From Candidatus Levyibacteriota bacterium (GTDB lineage Bacteria; Patescibacteriota; Microgenomatia; Levybacterales; UBA12049): 64,000 bases of DNA. The position numbers were made by a program, and so were the translations under genes. Location of the stretch: assembly GCA_963716145.1 (NCBI GenBank), contig OY970292.1:469171-533170 (forward strand), read 5' to 3'. Below are positions 41,325 through 51,562 of this stretch, piece after piece (within the stretch, counting starts at the first letter, position 1; every line of letters begins with the position of its first letter). The notes below the pieces were generated by a model, which had not been told where the DNA came from, searched no databases, and saw only the letters and a program-made list of their open reading frames with translations.

Positions 41325-41885
41325 TTAATCCTTTTTCATCTTCCACAATGACCTTGGTACCAAAGTAAATGTCGGCAGATCAAAATCCATAATCCTTTTT
41401 AATAATCTGAATCTGCGTAAATCCCATTCATACAGAACATGTGAGAAACATAATCTGGGAAAACAAACAAGGAAATTGCTTGTTACCAAATAGTCTCCCA
41501 ACTCCTGTAATTTGCCCAAGGCCTGCTCTCTATCCTTTATATAACAAAGAATTTCTGAGCATACAATAACATCAAAACGTCTATGTGGATCAAAATCTTC
41601 AAGGCTGGATGTATAGAATTTTGCCCCTTTCACATTCTTTCTGGCTTGCTCAACTGCAGCACTGCTCACATCTATCGCGGTGACATCATCAGATATCTGG
41701 GTCAGCATTTCTGTAAAATGCCCTTGCGCACAGCCAACTTCTAGAATTGACTGATGTGGCGCAAGCTGAATAAGAGAAAGCAATTGCTTGAAGGTCTTCT
41801 TACGGTATGGAAGATAACTTTTCCATGGATCTTCCTTCTTGTTTATTTTTTCTAAGTCGTAATAAACCTTTTCCTGTTCATTCAT
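41325..41885 (-). CDS. Class I SAM-dependent methyltransferase (NodS-like)
   Basis: DPW, LEVGCAQG, IDVS and FDVIVCSEILCY motifs. Confidence 0.85.
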   Translation of the reverse strand: MNEQEKVYYDLEKINKKEDPWKSYLPYRKKTFKQLLSLIQLAPHQSILEVGCAQGHFTEMLTQISDDVTAIDVSSAAVEQARKNVKGAKFYTSSLEDFDPHRRFDVIVCSEILCYIKDREQALGKLQELGDYLVTSNFLVCFPRLCFSHVLYEWDLRRFRLLKRIMDFDLPTFTLVPRSLWKMKKD

Positions 41886-41941
41886 GATTAGATTCTAGCA
41901 TAAAGTTTGACATAAATTTAATCTAATGAAATACTAAGGAC

Positions 41942-42610
41942 ATGCCCCTTCCCAAAGCATTTACCACTGTAACTCCTCTTTCTAAAGCTCTGGCTATGAT
42001 TTTATTTATTGCGTTTCCATTCATTGGATTCTACATAGGAATGCAATATCAAAAGATGCTTACCTCGTCGCATTCTTTATCTTCAATCTCCCCTACCCAA
42101 GAAGTACCCTATCAAACAAAAGAGCTGTGTGAATCACAAACCGGCAAAGTTTGTGAATTTAGCATGTGTGACTATGCGCCGGGAGGAGTAAGTCTTGAGG
42201 AGGCATGTGGTGGAAAAATAAAAAAAGGATGGTATCCTATTTCCGAGACCATTAGTTCTCAGCCTACAATTCCCCAGGAATCATTTTGTGGTGGCATAGC
42301 AGGCAAGAAGTGTCCCACAGGCTATACTTGTCAGATTACCGACCGCTACCCTGATGCAGGAGGAAAGTGTGTAACTGCGCCTCCATTGCCAAATTGCACT
42401 CACCATGTTCCAATTGGTCAGACTGGAAGTATTCCTCCAAGCTATATCTACCCGACTCTCCCGCCTGGCGGAAGCTATTGTCCGGATACCAAGCCAGATC
42501 CACCAAATGATGGTGTAGCTTGCACCCAAGAAGCCAAGACCTGTTCTGATGGATCATACGTGAGTCGCACAGGTCCAAACTGCGAATTCGCTACGTGCCC
42601 GGGTAATTAA
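41942..42610 (+). CDS. Membrane-anchored Cys-rich protein
   Basis: TM anchor, CGGIAGKKCPTGYTC and ACTQEAKTCSDGSYVSRTGPNCEFATCP modules. Confidence 0.75.
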   Translation: MPLPKAFTTVTPLSKALAMILFIAFPFIGFYIGMQYQKMLTSSHSLSSISPTQEVPYQTKELCESQTGKVCEFSMCDYAPGGVSLEEACGGKIKKGWYPISETISSQPTIPQESFCGGIAGKKCPTGYTCQITDRYPDAGGKCVTAPPLPNCTHHVPIGQTGSIPPSYIYPTLPPGGSYCPDTKPDPPNDGVACTQEAKTCSDGSYVSRTGPNCEFATCPGN

Positions 42611-42651
42611 TTTCCTTGACAACCATTCCCGCTGCGTGAAATACTGATTAG

Positions 42652-43686
42652 ATGGATACTCAAACACCGACCACACCTAAATCTCAATCCCCTGCTCCAG
42701 CAACTTCCGAGCAGCCAAAGAAACCCTACGGCAGGAATTGGAGTAAGTTAATTTTAATTTATTTAGCTATTGGAGCAGTACTTTATGCTGGAGTTTACTA
42801 TTTTGTATTGGCCAAACAAAGCTTAAACCCCTATTCGCAGCCAGTTAACAAAGCACATATTTCACCTAGCGCGGTATCAGATCCAGCTGCAAATTGGAAA
42901 ACATATAAAGATTCTGATTTTACTTTTAACTATCCCCTGAACTGGACTTTGCAAAAGGAAACGTTAACATCTGTGTCTGACCCCAACCCAAATAGTAGCG
43001 ATACCGCAGTTGTAAATTTTGATATCTCCAAAAGCTATAAAACAAATAATGACTATATAAATAGTGACTATATAAAATCTTTTAATCCCAAATATAAAAA
43101 TGTCACGATAAATGGTTTGCCTGCAATTGCAGCAATACGAAGTGGTGGAGGCCAATCACTTTCATCTATTGCTTATTTTGTTGTTCACAACGGTCAGGGA
43201 TATGAAATACGTTATGTTTTAAACTTAAATCTGAGTAAGCAAATAGATGCTAAGACAATTACTGACATAACTCAGCTGCCCCCGATTACTCCAGACATCC
43301 TCCAAACCTTCAAATTCACAGAAGCAAAACAAAATTTGCCAATACCAACTGTCAGCATCTCATCACCATATAAAACTATTCCAACGGGCAATACTTCTCC
43401 GTCTGGATCATTTGTAGTTGCCGAAGATAATACAAGAGGAAGTAATTTATTAACAGTTAAAAACGCGCAGGGAGCTGAGATTACAAATGATTTGTACCTT
43501 GATAACAAGGATGCGATTGGATATGGTGTGAAATTTGGCTGTCAATGCGGATTACACTTTAGAGGTTGGTTAAGCAATAAACAATTTGTTATATATATTA
43601 ATAATGGTATCGGGGAAGAATATGAATATTTAGTTGACGCTCAAACAGGAAAGGTCAATGAATCAACATTTAGGAGAGTGAAATAA
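42652..43686 (+). CDS. Membrane-anchored PsbP/DcrB-like protein
   Basis: TM anchor, NWKTY...FTFNYPLNW and ILQTFKF. Confidence 0.65.
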   Translation: MDTQTPTTPKSQSPAPATSEQPKKPYGRNWSKLILIYLAIGAVLYAGVYYFVLAKQSLNPYSQPVNKAHISPSAVSDPAANWKTYKDSDFTFNYPLNWTLQKETLTSVSDPNPNSSDTAVVNFDISKSYKTNNDYINSDYIKSFNPKYKNVTINGLPAIAAIRSGGGQSLSSIAYFVVHNGQGYEIRYVLNLNLSKQIDAKTITDITQLPPITPDILQTFKFTEAKQNLPIPTVSISSPYKTIPTGNTSPSGSFVVAEDNTRGSNLLTVKNAQGAEITNDLYLDNKDAIGYGVKFGCQCGLHFRGWLSNKQFVIYINNGIGEEYEYLVDAQTGKVNESTFRRVK

Positions 43687-43687
43687 A

Positions 43688-45919
43688 TTAACTGCTTTGG
43701 AGTTTTACATTTTTGCTTTCTTTCGCTTCCGAGCTCTTGTTAATTTCTTCAAGTTTCCATGCCGCGAAGTCGCACTTCGGATAGTTCGCACAGCCATAGA
43801 ATTTGCGGCCTTTTCTGGTTTTGCGAATAATTACTTTCCCTCCGTCTTTTGGACACAAAACATTGGTCTCCTCAACAAAAGTTTTGGTGTATTTACATTC
43901 AGGAAATCTGCTGCATGAGAAAAATTTGCCAAATTTTCCGTGTCTTATCACAACCGGTGCACCGCACTCAGGACATTTTTCATCTGTTGCTTCTGTGGCT
44001 ATCGCTACCCGCACCGATCCTTCTGCCTCCTCAACCGCTTTCTCAAAAGGCGTGTAAAAATCCTTCATCATCTTGACCCATTGTACTTTTCCGCTTGCAA
44101 CATCATCCAGCTGTTCCTCCATCGAAGCGGTGAAGGGAATATCATCAATTGTTGAAAAATTGGCGACCAGAAAATCATTCACCGACATCCCAATTGGCGT
44201 GGGGACAAACTTTTTTTCAATCCGTTCAACATAAGCACGATCCACGAGGGTTGAAATAATGGAGGCATAAGTTGAAGGCCTGCCAATCCCCTTTTCCTCA
44301 AGAGTTCCGATAATTGACGCCTCATTGTATCTTGGAGGGGGAAGCGTTTCATGCTGCTCAAAACGCGCTTTAATTAGATCGAGTAACTCTTTTGCTAAAA
44401 ATTTTGGCAATTGATTATCTTTAAGCGCCTGGGGATTTAACTTCAAAAATCCGTCAAAGACCAAAACCGAACCAGCTGCTTTAAGTCGATATTTCGGAAC
44501 ACTCGGAAAACTCGGTGTATCAGTGTTTCTGACTTTCTGATCATCAGATTGTCTGACAGACTGGATTTCTGAGTGTTCGGAGTTTTCTGAAATTGCATCA
44601 ACTAAAACTGAAGTGGATTCGACAATAGCATCCGCCATCTGCGAGGACACTGCCCTCCTCCAAATCAAATCGTATAGCTTTGCATAATCTTTCCCGAGTT
44701 CATTCTGAACTATGAATTCTGAATTCTGAACCTTGGTGGGCCTGATTCCCTCATGGGCCTCCTGCGCGTTTTTCTGTTTGCCAGAAAAAATACGGGGTGC
44801 TTCGGGTAAGTATTTTTTCCCATATTCTTTTTCAACAAACGCTCTGAACTGGGAGATCGCGGCTTTTGAAATCGCTATTGAATCTGTTCTGTGATAAGTG
44901 ATGAAGCCTTCTTCATAAAGTTTTTGGGCAAGACTCATCGTCCGTTTTCCGGGAAATCCAAAGCGCCTGGATGCCTCTTGCTGAAGAGTTGAAGTTGTAA
45001 AAACAGGTCCCGGACTTCTCTTTGCTTGTTTTTGCACAACATCTGAAACTGTGAAATTGTTCTTTTCAAGATCGCGGGTAATCTCCTGAGCCCTTTTTTC
45101 ACTATCAATAGTTGTTCTTGTGACATTATATTCACCATCATAAAGTTCAAATTTTTCTTTTGCTTCGATCTTGCTGCCATTAATCTCAACCAGCTCAAAA
45201 TCTGTTCCTTCTTTGCCCAGAACACTCGGAAAACTCGGTCCGCCGGATTGTCTGATTGTCGGAGTATCAGAATCGCCGGATTTCTGAGTATTCTGAGTTT
45301 TCTGAGAAGAAACCAAGGTAGCATGAACTGTAAAATATGATTTCTTTGCAAATTTCTCAATCTCCCGCTCCCGCTCAACAATCATCCGTAGTGCAACGCT
45401 TTGTACACGCCCTGCTGACAAACCCCGGCGTACCTTTTTCCAGAGTAATGGCGACAATTCATAACCAACTAAACGATCCAAAACCCGCCTTGCAGTCTGC
45501 GCCTCAACCAAATTCATGTCAACTTCCCGTGGATTATCCAGGGCTTCTTTAATTGCCGATTCCGTAATTTCATGAAAAGCTATCCGCCTAAACTTTGAAC
45601 TTTGAACTTTGAACTTTGAACTTGAGAGGAGCACATCTCTGATGTGCGACGCGATAGCCTCCCCTTCGCGGTCCGGATCTGTTGCCAAAATTATCTTATC
45701 AGCCGATTTAGCAAGGGATTTTAGTTCAGCAATTAGTTTTTTCTTATCTGCAATTACTTCATAAAGCGGTGTAAAGTTGTGCTCAATATCGATTCCCATC
45801 TTGCTTTTGGGCAAATCCATGACATGACCCATTGAGAATTTGATCTCATAATCCTTCCCGAGGAATTTGCTAATTGTTCGGGCTTTAGTGGGTGATTCGA
45901 CAATTACTAAACTTTTCAT
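43688..45919 (-). CDS. topA: DNA topoisomerase I with four repeat-derived in-frame insertions
   Basis: IVESPTKA, ATDPDREGE, SAGRVQS, ITYHRTD, GIGRPSTY and C4 zinc ribbons. Confidence 0.96.
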   Translation of the reverse strand: MKSLVIVESPTKARTISKFLGKDYEIKFSMGHVMDLPKSKMGIDIEHNFTPLYEVIADKKKLIAELKSLAKSADKIILATDPDREGEAIASHIRDVLLSSSKFKVQSSKFRRIAFHEITESAIKEALDNPREVDMNLVEAQTARRVLDRLVGYELSPLLWKKVRRGLSAGRVQSVALRMIVEREREIEKFAKKSYFTVHATLVSSQKTQNTQKSGDSDTPTIRQSGGPSFPSVLGKEGTDFELVEINGSKIEAKEKFELYDGEYNVTRTTIDSEKRAQEITRDLEKNNFTVSDVVQKQAKRSPGPVFTTSTLQQEASRRFGFPGKRTMSLAQKLYEEGFITYHRTDSIAISKAAISQFRAFVEKEYGKKYLPEAPRIFSGKQKNAQEAHEGIRPTKVQNSEFIVQNELGKDYAKLYDLIWRRAVSSQMADAIVESTSVLVDAISENSEHSEIQSVRQSDDQKVRNTDTPSFPSVPKYRLKAAGSVLVFDGFLKLNPQALKDNQLPKFLAKELLDLIKARFEQHETLPPPRYNEASIIGTLEEKGIGRPSTYASIISTLVDRAYVERIEKKFVPTPIGMSVNDFLVANFSTIDDIPFTASMEEQLDDVASGKVQWVKMMKDFYTPFEKAVEEAEGSVRVAIATEATDEKCPECGAPVVIRHGKFGKFFSCSRFPECKYTKTFVEETNVLCPKDGGKVIIRKTRKGRKFYGCANYPKCDFAAWKLEEINKSSEAKESKNVKLQSS
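44491..44593. repeat. ~100 bp palindromic element, copy B (in-frame in topA)
   Basis: atttcggaacactcggaaaactcgg...ctgagtgttcggagttttctgaaat. Confidence 0.85.
45218..45308. repeat. ~90 bp palindromic element, copy C (in-frame in topA)
   Basis: cagaacactcggaaaactcgg...ctgagtattctgagttttctgag. Confidence 0.85.
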
Positions 45920-45992
45920 AATGCTTTCAAGTGTAGCTTAGATTATACAGGAGCTGTCAAGTTCTTGTGTGAAATTGGCTATTGCTAAATGA

Positions 45993-48112
45993 TTAACGAG
46001 TGGTACTACTGCTTCCTCCTGATGATCCTCCTGAGCTCCCCCCGCTTGATCCACCGCTAGAACCTCCACTACTACCTCCGGATGAACCACCCGATGAGCC
46101 ACCAGAACTACCACCGGAGGATCCACCGCTAGAACCACCTGAACTTCCACCACTGGAGCCTCCACTGCTTCCGCCTGAGCTGCCTCCACTAGAACCACCG
46201 GAAGACCCGCCTGAGATCCCCCGGAACTCCCTCCTGATCCTCCACCGGGGAGGTTAATGTTTTGAAAACCACCAGGTAAGCTCGAGGGAACAAGATTCTG
46301 GATGTTTGAAGGTATTGCCACGTTGGGTTGTTGAATGTTTGGCTGATTAGGTGTACCTGTTGGCAAACCTGTCTGGTTTGAGCCCGGACAGGGAATAGCA
46401 GGTGGAGTTCCCCGGCCAATTAACTGGAACAACTTACCGATAAAGTCCATAATCAACTGCCAGAATCCTCCCAAGAGCCCCCCACCAGTATTACCGGTAC
46501 ATGGAGGTGTATTCGTTGGGTTTGGATTGGCCGAAGGACTTGCGCTGGGCGCTATATCAGTAACTGATGGGTTAGGCTGGCCTGTCACAGTCGGATTCGG
46601 GCTGGCACCTTGAGTTAAGGTTGGATTGCAGATGCTATCAGGGGAACCTGCACAAACAAAAGTAGGAGCCGGACCAGTCGGACTTGGGGATGCTGTAGGA
46701 GAATCTGTAATAGTTGGGGTAGTTGTAGGAGTAATAGTCGGAGTGATAGTTGCGCTTTGTGAGGCAACTGCTGCTCCCGCATTTACGCGCCCTTTCTGCC
46801 AGTAAGTTCCTGTTCCCGTTATTTGATCGGCGGTCGCGTATAACCTGTCGACAACTACCTGATTTGACGTGTTATAAGGAGGCGTTGACCAGATAAGAGC
46901 AACAATTCCTGCCACCATTGGCGCTGCCATAGATGTTCCGGACAAGTAACCGTAGTTTGTTACGCCGATTTGATTTTGATGTGTGGGCAGAGTTGAAGCT
47001 ATATCTTTGCCGGGCGCCGCTACGGTTACCCATGATCCATGTTCTGAAAATGCTGTTTTCTGATCTTTATTATCAGTTGCTGCTACAGAAACAACATGCG
47101 GATATCCTGCAGGGTATTCAACTGGATTCTGCGTACTACAATTATTATCCAAATAGTTGGAGCCTCCGCAATTACCTGCTGCCGCAACAAGGACAACTCC
47201 TTTGCCCCACGCATAGGCAACAGCATCCGCTAATACCTGAGAATTAAAATCCGGCCTTGCAAGACTCATGCTGATAACCTTTGAGTTATTATCCGCTGCC
47301 CAGTTAATCCCTTGAGATACTAGTGAAACCGAAGATCCCCCTCTGTCATCAGCAACCTTTCCAATCATCAACTGACATTCAGGACACACCCCTGCAATGC
47401 CCTGACCGTTATTGCTATTGGCCGCGATAACCCCCGCCACATGCGTTCCATGTCCATAAGCATCGTCTATTGACGAAGTAACAAATACCCGCTGTGCTGC
47501 TACTCTGCCTGCAAATTCAGGGTGATTTAGATCAAGCCCGGTATCAAGAACTGCTACCTTTATTCCCGTTCCCTTTGTGACCTCCCATGCGGCTTCTGCA
47601 TGAACATCGGCATTTGTAGTGCCTACCTGACTTTGAATCATCTGCCCCATATTCTTTAATCCATATTGCAAATTATAATTAGTGTCATTTGGAGAAACCA
47701 AAACATGGATAACTACATCCAACTCCGCGTATTTAACCAGTCCATCCTTTATCAGCTGCGCACGCACAGCTTCCTCCTGCCCAGCCGGTACTTCAACAAC
47801 TTTTACATTTATTCCTGAAATTGTTGATTTAATTCTCGCATCATATTTACTTAAACTATTGTTTATTTCTGCATCAGTTAGTCCGTCTTTAAACTTAACG
47901 TTAATTTGCCCTTGAACAAAGTCTTTCCCTGGGACAAGAGGTGGAGTGAGAGTTGGCAAATTTTGCGCCGTATTACTTTCCTGTTGCTGTTGAACACGTA
48001 GCTGCAATGTTACAAGAATTAAGAATATAAAAAAGGTTGAAAAAATAGCAGCTATAAATATAGGACTGCGGGGGTTAATCCTGCTTAATAGGGATTTAAT
48101 TTTATCAATCAT
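45993..48112 (-). CDS. Membrane-anchored S8 subtilase with a Pro/Thr linker and (GGSS)n tail (frameshift near 46213)
   Basis: VLDTG, HGTHVAG, AAGN and SGTSMAAP motifs. Adding one base continues the GGSS tail to TAA at 45993. Confidence 0.88.
46003..46250 (-). repeat. 12-bp-period repeat encoding (GGSS)n
   Basis: About 20 synonymous-codon GGSS units read from the sequence. Confidence 0.85.
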
Positions 48113-48199
48113 TGTTTTTGGTTTTTTGTGTCTATGTTTGATAGCTATAAATAGCGTATTAGAAATCTTGAGGGTTGTCAAGAAAATACATGCTTTCTA

Positions 48200-48652
48200 T
48201 TACTTGACTGGTGTAACCGGTTGAGGCTGAACGGGATTGGGTGCAGTACTTGAAACTTTAACTACATAAGTTGTTGCAATTTTGTCATGAAGTCCCTGTT
48301 TTTGCTTATCCCACAAAATCATAAGGTAACCAATCCCAAAGATTAAACTTGATATTGCCTTACCGATTAACTCACGCAGGAAAAAAGTAAAATAGCTCGG
48401 TTTATTACCATTTACATCTACAACCTTTATTCCCATTACTTTTTTACCCAATGTCTGGCCGGTTCTTCCTTGAAAATATACAAAATAACCAAGATTTATG
48501 AGAAGAGATAATCCCTGTATCAACGAACTGTTTGAGTTTTTACCTTGAAGGGCAAAAGGTATTACAATTAGTACACTAACTACACCCAATAATAATCCGT
48601 CAATTAGGGAAGCCAGGAAACGAGCACCAGCGCCTGCATATTGTTGATTCAT
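48200..48652 (-). CDS. RDD family protein
   Basis: RFLASLID, GQTLGK..MGIKVV and QGLHDKIA.T.V motifs. Confidence 0.9.
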   Translation of the reverse strand: MNQQYAGAGARFLASLIDGLLLGVVSVLIVIPFALQGKNSNSSLIQGLSLLINLGYFVYFQGRTGQTLGKKVMGIKVVDVNGNKPSYFTFFLRELIGKAISSLIFGIGYLMILWDKQKQGLHDKIATTYVVKVSSTAPNPVQPQPVTPVK

Positions 48653-48700
48653 TTAATTGCCTTTCCCTTCTGTTGACATTTCATCTATGATTAGCATACT

Positions 48701-49711
48701 ATGAGTAAAGTGGAAAAAGCAATAGAACAAAATAAGCCTGACTGGTCAATTGGCGAGCTGTATAAAAACGCCTGGGAGATTGTCAAAAATAATAAAATTC
48801 TCTGGATTTTTGGGATGGCTACGGCAGCCGGAGGCTTCTCGGGAAACTCTTCCAGATCACTTGACCAGAAAGATTTCGAGGGTCTGCAAAAGATTTTTAA
48901 CAGTACTCCCAAAGACTCATCATCCAAAGTGCTTGGAACAGCAACAAATTCTTTAACCGATACCATAAGCCTCCTTTTCTCAAACATCCCCACATCCTAC
49001 TATATAGCTATTGGGATTGAATTAATTATTTTTCTTATAATCGCGTTGATTATTTCTGTTGTTTATAAGAGCTGGGCACAGGCAGCGCTTTTGGAAGGGA
49101 TACAGTCCTCGATCAACAAAAATACCCTCTCTATCAAGGAATTATCAGAAAAAGCATTCGGCAGTGTCAAGTCAATTATATTGATTCAGCTTGTTCCACT
49201 TATACTTCTTTTGCTTACCTCAATAAGCTTAATTTTGATAATAATTTATGGAAGTTTTAATATTCCCAATAGTGCCAAAAGCTCATTACTTCTTTTCGTA
49301 CCTATTTTTTTAATAGTATTCATAACTGCAATTATTTATATCAATCTTACGATTATCTGGGCAATCAGGATAGCTGTTATAGACAAAAAACCGGCAAGAG
49401 CTGCATTGAACATAGGCTACAAGATTGCCAAAAAGAAATTCTGGGCGAGCGTCTTGCTGGGGCTTGTTAATGTGATTTCCGAAGGAATAGTCTACGCAAT
49501 AATTCTACTGCCCAGTATCGCACTAGTTGTTGGCGGTATATATGGAATCAGCAAAAACACTTACTGGAGTATTGGTATTATTACGACCGGATTTATCCTT
49601 TTTATGGTTTTCATTTTTGCGCTAAGTATATTATCAGGCGTGATAACCGCATTTAAAACAACTGTCTGGTCTCTCGCATATAATGCTATTAAAGGAAAAT
49701 ATGAAAAATAA
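48701..49711 (+). CDS. Multi-pass membrane protein
   Basis: Several TM segments; overlaps the downstream RDD gene. Confidence 0.75.
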   Translation: MSKVEKAIEQNKPDWSIGELYKNAWEIVKNNKILWIFGMATAAGGFSGNSSRSLDQKDFEGLQKIFNSTPKDSSSKVLGTATNSLTDTISLLFSNIPTSYYIAIGIELIIFLIIALIISVVYKSWAQAALLEGIQSSINKNTLSIKELSEKAFGSVKSIILIQLVPLILLLLTSISLILIIIYGSFNIPNSAKSSLLLFVPIFLIVFITAIIYINLTIIWAIRIAVIDKKPARAALNIGYKIAKKKFWASVLLGLVNVISEGIVYAIILLPSIALVVGGIYGISKNTYWSIGIITTGFILFMVFIFALSILSGVITAFKTTVWSLAYNAIKGKYEK

Positions 49712-50333
49712 TATTCCCGCCAATTTCAAACTGCGTTTTCTTGCCAGTCTGACAGACGACTGTATTAGCATACTAATTTTTAGCCTATGTCTCTATTTCA
49801 TTTCGACTCAACCCACACTCTCTCTTGCGCTCTCCTCATTTTTGCTTTTCACCATACTGATTTTTCTTAATCCGATTGTGCTCTTTAATTCAATTCCTTT
49901 TACCCATTATTTGGGCGGTACACCCGGGAAATTACTTACTGGACTTAAAGTTACTGATGAATCGGGAAAACGGTTGACATTCAAGCGGATAATGTTCCGT
50001 CAAACCATCGGCTACAGCTTCTCAAGTCTTATTTTTGGACTCGGATTTTTCTCTATTGCAAAAGATCCAAAAAAACAAGGGTGGCATGATAAAGCAATTG
50101 GATCAACTGTATCAATAACACAAAACCTCTGGCCGCTTGCTCTCCTAACCTGCATAGTCACGTTTTCTTTTAGCGCTTACTTTGCAGGCTTAAGCTATCA
50201 TTCAGCCACAACCGGCCCATTAGCTAAGGAATCACAAACATTATGGAAACAGATAGAAGCCAGCACAAAGCAAAAAGCCAAAACAGACAAAAGCAAGCTT
50301 ATTCCCACTCCTTCGGTGAGTTACCCGAAATAA
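49701..50333 (+). CDS. RDD family protein
   Basis: RFLASLTD, GTPGK..GLKV and QGWHDK motifs. Confidence 0.85.
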   Translation: MKNNIPANFKLRFLASLTDDCISILIFSLCLYFISTQPTLSLALSSFLLFTILIFLNPIVLFNSIPFTHYLGGTPGKLLTGLKVTDESGKRLTFKRIMFRQTIGYSFSSLIFGLGFFSIAKDPKKQGWHDKAIGSTVSITQNLWPLALLTCIVTFSFSAYFAGLSYHSATTGPLAKESQTLWKQIEASTKQKAKTDKSKLIPTPSVSYPK

Positions 50334-50338
50334 AATTC

Positions 50339-51457
50339 TTATGTGGCGAGGCAAAAATCCGAAGCGCCTAGACTTCTGATTAAGCCTTTCATCTCCATAA
50401 GCGATAATATGCTTCCCAATTTTGAGGAATCAATTTTTGTCAGCTTTACAATTTGATCGAAATGCATATTTTCATTTTGTAAGATATCGATAATCTTCTG
50501 TTCGTCTTTCGTTGAACCTTTGATACTTTTGATACTTCCAAACCCTGATTCCTGATTCGCTTGCCCTGAGCCTGCCGAATGGGTAATTCTTAATTCCGCA
50601 AGGATCTCCTCCGCCCCGCTAATCAATTTAGCTCCTTTTGCAATTAGAGAATGCGGACCTTTGGAAAGACTGCTAGTGATCGGACCTGGAACCGCGAAAA
50701 CAGGGCGATTATTTTCAAACGCATCCGTCGCCGTATACAAAGCGCCGCTATCTGCTGCACCTTCTGTAACTATTACACCTTGTGAAAGTCCTGAAATAAT
50801 CCTATTTCTTGAAGGAAATGAGCCTTTTGAGGGTGGTTCACCTAACGGATACTCTGAAACAATTGCGCCGCCTGACTCCAGAATATTAGTGTAAATTCGC
50901 TGATTCTCACGTGGATAACAGCAATCCACTCCGCATCCCAAAACCGCAATTGTTCGGCCTTTATTTGCAATTGTTGCCTTGTGCGCCGTGGCATCAACTC
51001 CGAGTGCGAGTCCTGAAACAGTCACAAATCCATTGTTAACCAAATCAGTTGTCAGACTTTCTGTCACCTGTTTTCCGTACTCTGTAATTCTGCGTGTCCC
51101 TACAACAGCAATGGTCTTGAGGTTTTCTGCTGAATTAAAACTAAACTCCCCCTTAACATAAAGTATAAACGGCGGCTTTTTTATCTGACTCAAAAGCTTG
51201 GGGTAATCTTTATCAGTCAGAATCAAAAACGAAACTCCTACCTTTTTAAGCCTCTTTTCGTAATCGGAAATCGAAAACTTATCCCGGAAATCTATAAATT
51301 GAGGCGTTAATGCCTTACCCAGCACTTTTTCCAAAGAAGAAAGATCTGCTTTCCAGGCCTTCTCGGCAGTTCCAAACTCGTTAAGAAGTTTGACAAACTT
51401 CCCCGGCCCAATTCCTGAAAATGAGGAAAACCCCAGCCAGTAAGATTTTTCTTGCAT
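50339..51457 (-). CDS. dprA: DNA processing protein DprA
   Basis: AVVGTR, VSGLALGVD, FPSRNRIISG and AVPG motifs. Confidence 0.95.
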   Translation of the reverse strand: MQEKSYWLGFSSFSGIGPGKFVKLLNEFGTAEKAWKADLSSLEKVLGKALTPQFIDFRDKFSISDYEKRLKKVGVSFLILTDKDYPKLLSQIKKPPFILYVKGEFSFNSAENLKTIAVVGTRRITEYGKQVTESLTTDLVNNGFVTVSGLALGVDATAHKATIANKGRTIAVLGCGVDCCYPRENQRIYTNILESGGAIVSEYPLGEPPSKGSFPSRNRIISGLSQGVIVTEGAADSGALYTATDAFENNRPVFAVPGPITSSLSKGPHSLIAKGAKLISGAEEILAELRITHSAGSGQANQESGFGSIKSIKGSTKDEQKIIDILQNENMHFDQIVKLTKIDSSKLGSILSLMEMKGLIRSLGASDFCLAT

Positions 51458-51562
51458 ATTAAACCCAGCACATATTCAGAATATATTCCAATAAATACAT
51501 TTCCGAAATTAAAAATCAAACTCATTTCGACACTTTTATTAAGCGATCGCTTTTAAAAGCTG

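Noticed and set aside
46000-46257. Pro/Glu/Leu-rich plus-strand ORF
   Set aside because: It is the antisense reading of the (GGSS)n tail.
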